A stretch of DNA of 28,222 bases from Octopus sinensis (taxonomy: Eukaryota): assembly GCF_006345805.1 (NCBI RefSeq), contig NW_021827506.1:1-28222 (forward strand), written 5' to 3'. The position numbers and the translations under genes are program-made. Shown here in pieces: positions 22,577 through 28,222 of this stretch; position 1 is the first letter of the stretch; the number at the start of each line of letters is the position of its first letter. Under the pieces are notes generated by a model. That model was not told the DNA's origin, made no database searches, and was given only the letters and a program-made list of their open reading frames with translations.

Positions 22577-22919
22577 GAGGAGTGGTACGCTTCTGTGTAG
22601 GGGACTGGCTGGCTAGAAATGGCAGCCAAATCACCCTTTCAAAAAATATCAGACCATTCTAGCGACTTAAAAATTATCGAAGGAAACAGTGAATTAGTGA
22701 ATCAGTATCGCCTTGCGACAGACAGAATCGTACAGGGTGGTTAGGATTGGAAGATACTTGATCATTGGTCTGGTCGGTCGACGAAGACCTGAAGCTAAAC
22801 AACACACGTATTAAAAATATTAAATTCGAAGGCACTGGAAGAATTGAACGTTGGAGAGCTATGTTCAATTCTTGCGGTGCCTTCGAATTTAATGTTCTTA
22901 ATATTTGATATTGTTGAAG

Positions 22920-23006
22920 ACCCATGCTGATGAAGAAAATTGTCGGGTAAAGTATAAATTCTACATTCTTTATATATCGATCTAATTCCGAAACGCGTAC
23001 ATGGGT
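22920..23006 (+). ncRNA. Type I hammerhead ribozyme motif (Penelope-like/retrozyme style)
   Basis: ACCCATG-CTGATGA-A-[long imperfect stem II]-GAA-ACGCGT-A-CATGGGT. Perfect 7-bp stem I, intact core, palindromic stem III, GUA cleavage triplet. Confidence 0.75.
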
Positions 23007-23084
23007 AATCAAGTATCGACTGATTTTCGTTATTTTTCCTCTCTGCCTGCGGGGATTGTTTTCGAGTAATTTGTTTTTTCCGGG

Positions 23085-23140
23085 AGTCCCTTTTTAAAGT
23101 AGAGGAAATAGCTAAGGTTCTGTGGCTGCTATTTCTATTC
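23085..23140 (-). repeat. Family F core fragment
   Basis: GGCTGCTATTTCTA (23124-23137) is the exact reverse complement of TAGAAATAGCAGCC. Confidence 0.5.
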
Positions 23141-23300
23141 TTCGGTATGTGGTAAAGCAAATCTTTGCTGAACCTTAATTTTAGAGTATTACTTAAGTTT
23201 ACCGTGAAATGGTCCTTTTTCATGCCGAATTCTAATTGGTGAAATTATTGATTACTACTTAATTAATTTTACCCTTTGCTATTATTGATTATATATATCT

Positions 23301-23500
23301 TATTCTTTTACTTGTTTTAGCCATTTGACTGCGGCCATGCTGGAGCACCGCCTTTAATCGAACAAATCGACCCCAAGACTTATTCTTTGTAAGCCTGGTA
23401 CTTATTCTGTCGGTCCCTTTTGCCGAACTGCTAAGTTACGGGGACGTAAACACACAAACATCGGTTGTCAAGCGATAGAGGGGGGCAAACACAGATACAC

Positions 23501-23550
<50 letters not shown>

Positions 23551-23699
23551 CACACGACGGGCTTCTTTCAGTTTCCGTTTACCAAATCCACTCACAATGC
23601 TTTGATAAGCCCGAGGCTATAGCAGAAGACGCTTACCGAAGGTGCCGGAACCATGTGGTTGGGAAGCAAGCTTCTTACCACACAGCCACTCCTGCGCCT
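23301..23699 (-). mobile_element. SINE family A, full length
   Basis: Reverse complement begins AGGCGCAGGAGTGGCTGTGTGGTAAG; internal (TA)n; ends 229 nt from the SCAPER donor. Confidence 0.9.
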
Positions 23700-23928
23700 A
23701 CACACACACACACACATATATATATATACACTTACCATATTGGTGTGTAGCTTGCCTCTGGAAGGATACATATACGCAACACAGCCATAAACATGCAGGG
23801 GCGGCGATAAAAGGTGGAAGAATGATAGAAAGATAAGAGCCGGACACAGGGAGAGAAAGAGAGCGATAAAAAAGGGAGATAACAAAGTGAAATAATGCAA
23901 AATACAAGAATATGAAGTGGAGACTTAC

Positions 23929-24075
23929 CGTTTCGTTATGAACTTGGTTAAAGATATAAGTAATCCGAGGCTGTGTTGTAAAAAGTCCGATATCGATTTA
24001 TTGGAATCGATTGGTCCTTGAACTAAACTGAAGTAGTGCGTTAATTTGTCCATTATACCGACGCTGATCACATAA
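23929..24075 (-). CDS. SCAPER: SCAPER (S-phase cyclin A-associated protein in the ER) internal coding exon, 147 nt, phase 2/2
   Basis: Encodes (S)YVISVGIMDKLTHYFSLVQGPIDSNKSISDFLQHSLGLLISLTKFITK(R), matching my recollection of vertebrate SCAPER SYVVNMGLIDKLCACFLSVQGPVDENPKMAIFLQHAAGLL. Pyrimidine-rich acceptor ctctccacag| and donor CG|gtaagt. 1+144+2 nt. Confidence 0.9.
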
Positions 24076-24383
24076 CTGTGGAGAGATGAAAGAGGGGAAA
24101 GTTTAGAGATGAGAGAGCACGCGTGTGTGTGTGTGTGTGTTTTGCGGGATAAGAATACGAGTTTCACAATATGGAACTGTATTTAGAAAGCTTAGATCTT
24201 AGGAAGATTACATATAAACACATATACAAACTTATTCATTAGATGTATGTTTATGGATATTACACACAGACACAAATTATACATATTCATATATATATTG
24301 GACAAACAAGCACGACACTTTTTCATCAGTTAATCATGCATCTACAACAATAAGACCATACTGCAATGCATTATAATACAATA

Positions 24384-24648
24384 AAAAATAAATATAAATG
24401 CGGCCCTTTTAAAGCCCAGCCAGGCTCACGGGCCCGATTTCCCCGGTTTCTATGGCGTATGCGTTCCCCAGCTGGACGGGACACCAGTCCATCGCAGCGT
24501 TACTCATTTTTGCCTGCTGAGTGGACTGGAGCAATGTGAAATGAAGTGATTTGCTCAATAACACAACTTGTCGCCCGGTCCAAGAATCGAAACCACAATC
24601 TTACGATCATGGTGCTAACACCCTAACCACTAAGCCACGCGCCTCCAC
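24384..24648 (-). mobile_element. CORE-type SINE (family C): head + CORE + tail 2
   Basis: Perfect 15-bp TSD CATTATAATACAATA at 24369-24383 and 24649-24663. MIR-CORE-like TTGAGCAAATCACTT..CCACTCAGCAGGCAAAAATGAG. Confidence 0.88.
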
Positions 24649-24855
24649 CATTATAATACAATATACAAAATAAATGATACACAAAGATTAGTTGGAAAGC
24701 ACAACAATTTTATAGAGAAGTCCATAGAAAAGGGAAGGTAACTACAGGAGCTTCCTTAATAACCCCAAATAAAACCTACAAATCAACAAACATTCATCGC
24801 AAATTAAAGTAAATCTACCAACAACAGCCCATTTTTAGCATCACTTCATTCTGCT

Positions 24856-25168
24856 GTGAAGGTGCGTGGCTTAGTGGTTAAGGTATTAGCTCGTGAGTTC
24901 GACTCCCGGCGACGCGTTGTGTCCTTGAGCAAGACACTTTATTTCACGTTGCTCCAGTCCACTCAGCTGGTAAAAATGAGTTGTACCTGTATTTCAAAGG
25001 ACCAGCTTTGTCACACTCTGTGTCACGCTGAATCTCCAAGAGAACCACGTTAAGGGTACACGTGTCTGTGGTGTGCTCGGCCACTTGCACGTTAATCTCA
25101 CGAGCAAGCTGTTCCGTTGATCGGATCAATTAGGAACCTTCGTCATCGTAAGCGATGAAGTGCCAACT
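24856..25168 (+). mobile_element. CORE-type SINE (family C): head + CORE + tail 1
   Basis: GTGTCCTTGAGCAAGACACTT..CCACTCAGCTGGTAAAAATGAG, then TATTTCAAAGG.. tail as in the 18758 copy. Confidence 0.88.
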
Positions 25169-25323
25169 TTTATTCATTCCTATATAAGGAGCATATATAT
25201 ATGCATGTGTTTGTGCGTATATACACACAAAGATATACGCATATATATGCATATATATATATAATATATATATATATATAATATATATATATAATATATA
25301 TATATATAAATATACATACGCAT

Positions 25324-25435
<112 letters not shown>

Positions 25436-25644
25436 TGTATGTGTAACATACATACACATGCGTATTCCTTCACATTCGCGAATCCAGTGCTCTTATTTCG
25501 CAACATTTATTGTTTTTATCCTAGGCCAGTCTTCATAAGGCAAACTTATCAAAAGCAGCAAAATCGTAAAAAGAACCCGTCTCTGTCTCTGTCTTTTGGA
25601 ATCATTTTGTACCTGGAACTATTCTTGCAACCTTCTCTGAAACT

Positions 25645-25745
25645 GTAAAGGTGTCGCCTGGGGGCAATAATTTGGCAACTTTTTTCTAGCAGACGAGTGA
25701 TTACGTAGCTTCATCTTGACATGGTGGCATAAACCAACTTCTACG
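25645..25745 (-). repeat. Family F fragment
   Basis: Reverse complement TCACTCGTCTGCTAGAAAAAAGTTGCCAAAT. Confidence 0.4.
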
Positions 25746-26283
25746 TTCCTCCATACCGCCCCAAATATCTTGGGGTGAGACATAAATACACAAATAAAAA
25801 TGTCACAACTAGTAACATCAATCCCGCCATCACAATTGTCAGAAAACAGCATTTATTATTTTCCTTCTCCTGCTCTTTTTATCATCGTCATCATAACTAT
25901 TGCCATTAGATAAAGCTGGATTAGACTCCCCCAAAACCTTGCCTACAGGGTATGAAATACAAGAGATGACACTACAATCTGATGTCTATATCTGGATACA
26001 TCGCGCCCTTCGCTCAGTTTCTGAGTGAAATTATAAACAAATATATATATATCATTCAACAACAGTAGTGATATATATGCATGAGTATATATATATATAT
26101 TCGTCATGTGTCACACAAACAATATTATTTTAAAATGGCAACCTGTGCACCATACTTAGTGTAGATACCTCATGGACGGCCAAATTAACTACCATGTTCA
26201 TCTAGAGATCAATTATATCTATGGACGTACAATGTTAAATAACACAAAAATATTACACCATCACCAATCAGTCTTTTTAAAAT

Positions 26284-26327
<44 letters not shown>

Positions 26328-26406
26328 TTGTCAGTGGGTACTTGGTATGACGAAGCTTGAGAAAGGGAGAATCAAGGGATTACCACGTGCGTATGTATGC
26401 GCGCGC

Positions 26407-26438
<32 letters not shown>

Positions 26439-26709
26439 GAGAGAGAGAGATTATATAATGATGTGTATATGTAATGATATAAATATAGGATACGCATTTC
26501 TAATGATATAACTGAAAAATATAGCATTTTAAGGAAATAAAATTTTTGCGTGTTCATTTTTGTCTTTTTTTTTGTTAGTTTGATTCATTTTATCTGTGTA
26601 TTTTTTTTTGGTTTTTTCTGTGGGGAGGAGTGTTTCTCTTTTCACATTCACTTCATTGATGGCGGGGGAGGGGATGAAAAAATAATAACTGACATGTGGA
26701 GAGAAGCTA

Positions 26710-26749
26710 TATATGTATGTATGTATGTATGTATGTGTGTGTGTATGTG

Positions 26750-26783
<34 letters not shown>

Positions 26784-26805
26784 ATGTAGTGTGTGTGTGT
26801 GTATG

Positions 26806-26855
<50 letters not shown>

Positions 26856-27097
26856 GTGTGTGTGTTTTGTAGGTTGTGTGTGTGTGTGTGTGTGTGTGTG
26901 GGTGTGTGTGTGTGTATGTATGTATGTATGTATGTGTGTGTGTTGTGTGTATGTAGTGTGTGTGTGTTGTGTGTATGTATGTATGTATGTATGTATGTAT
27001 GTATGTATGTATGTATGTATGTATGTATGTATGTATGTATGTATGTATGTATGTATGTATGTATGTATGTATGTATGTATGTATGTATATATATATA
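26710..27097. repeat. (TATG)n/(TG)n compound microsatellite
   Basis: Seen directly; pure (GTAT)n from about 26973 to 27088. Confidence 0.95.
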
Positions 27098-27158
27098 ATT
27101 CGCACACGCACAATCATTGAATATAAAGATATAAAACATGCTATATACAAACACACAT

Positions 27159-27225
27159 ACGAGAGAGAGAGAGAGAGAAAGAAGAGAGAGAGAGAAAAGG
27201 AGAGAGAGAGAGAAAGGAGAGAGCG
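27159..27225. repeat. (GA)n microsatellite
   Basis: Seen directly. Confidence 0.9.
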
Positions 27226-27732
27226 GAGTAAGGCGTAGAGACGTATGAAGAGGGCGCGTATTCATTTTACTTTTTAAGGTTTACATAATATTTTGTGTTA
27301 TAAAATCAGAATTGCCCTGAAGTGATTCAACAAAACATCAAAATCTCTTTTACTGGCACCACCACCACTACCATCATCATCATCATCATATGTGTATTGC
27401 GCTACTGATATTGTCTGCGATGATGATGATGATGATGATGGGTGTGGTGGGGACGATGCCGTCGACAATCCGCTCTTTGATAGCAGACATCTTCCATTGA
27501 AACACTTATGGAATTGAAAGTGTTGTAGGGTAATAATGAGACCCACATATTTATGGTCTTGGAGTATTGGTGACAACACTGTCCAGTATGTCCAGTGTCA
27601 GAAGCTATGTCCATTAAGTGCCTGCGACACTCCAGCCGTGTCCAACAGCAAAGAATAAGACCAACAACAACAGCAAAGAATAAGACCAACATCAACAACA
27701 ACCATCTTTATACGATGTATGAATAATTAATA

Positions 27733-27830
27733 GAGGAGCGTCTATATGGTCTCTCAACCGGCGAGAAATAACGGCAAAAATTTGCCCTCAACTCACGAAG
27801 GAAGATACAGTGGACTGTGTAAGTAATCCT
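27733..27830 (+). repeat. Family F fragment
   Basis: GCGTCTATATGGTCTCTCAACCGGCGAGAAATAACGGCAAAAATTTGCCCTCAA. Confidence 0.45.
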
Positions 27831-28097
27831 AGTTATATAAAGGAGACGGACGGTCGAAAGGAGAATACCCGGAAGGGGTTGGGGTGGGATATGATCTGGG
27901 TTTAAAAAACAACACAAACAAGAAACAAGGGGAGTTTTTAAATAAGAGGCAGACGAAATAAGGGGGTAAACGGGGTGTGATGGAGTGAATCAAAGATCTC
28001 TATCCTAGAACCCACTCATCAGTCCACAGAGCAAATTGGAAAAAAAATCATCACCATCATCATCAATACTATTATCATCACCAACAATATAACCAAT

Positions 28098-28160
28098 GAG
28101 AGGGCCTCTATGTAATCGCTCAGTCTGCAAGAAATACTAGTTACATCTCCCTCGAATGAA
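28098..28160 (+). repeat. Family F fragment
   Basis: GAGGGCCTCTATGTAATCGCTCAGTCTGCAAGAAATAC..ATCTCCCTCGAAT. Confidence 0.4.
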
Positions 28161-28222
28161 GGTATCTACTGAGTAGAGAAAAACAGTGGTTAACAAATCA
28201 CAAATGCCGCAACGCAAACAGC

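Larger units (their letters stand above)
21395..22805 (+). repeat. Family F copy with triplicated core, interrupted by a hAT-like MITE and a 96-bp MITE
   Basis: Core motif near 21418, 22435 and 22613; ends AGCTAAACAACAC at about 22805. Confidence 0.55.
10261..23928 (-). other. SCAPER: SCAPER intron, 13,668 nt, GT-AG
   Basis: Lies between two phase-compatible exons whose peptides are contiguous in the recalled homologue (TKR|NSNVF vs TGR|SYSIF). Confidence 0.85.

Noticed and set aside
22826-22885. AAGGCAC (miR-124 seed) in the hairpin arm
   Set aside because: The rest of the sequence does not match miR-124; a 7-mer coincidence.
25619-25852. Candidate upstream SCAPER exon
   Set aside because: No SCAPER-like frame, and it overlaps a family F repeat.

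Overview
Eukaryotic, AT-rich, microsatellite- and SINE-dense genomic DNA. The repeat repertoire and intron size suggest an octopus/coleoid cephalopod (inference). The only host coding sequence I can support is two minus-strand exons of a SCAPER orthologue (24075-23929 and 10260-10023), which splice in frame across a 13.7-kb GT-AG intron; the rest of the window is probably intronic. Repeats include several tRNA-headed SINE families (working labels A, B, C, D, E, F), hAT-, piggyBac-, MULE/Merlin- and Helitron-like non-autonomous elements, an L1/Tx1-like LINE fragment, and many micro- and minisatellites. The best hidden feature is a complete type I hammerhead ribozyme motif of the Penelope/retrozyme style (22920-23006, antisense to SCAPER) beside a 41-bp-stem hairpin, with a second degenerate hammerhead at 14474. 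Also notable: a 400-bp fold-back SINE, a six-copy head-to-tail SINE array, and all four body-by-tail combinations of modular SINEs. All protein and family assignments are from memory, not database searches.
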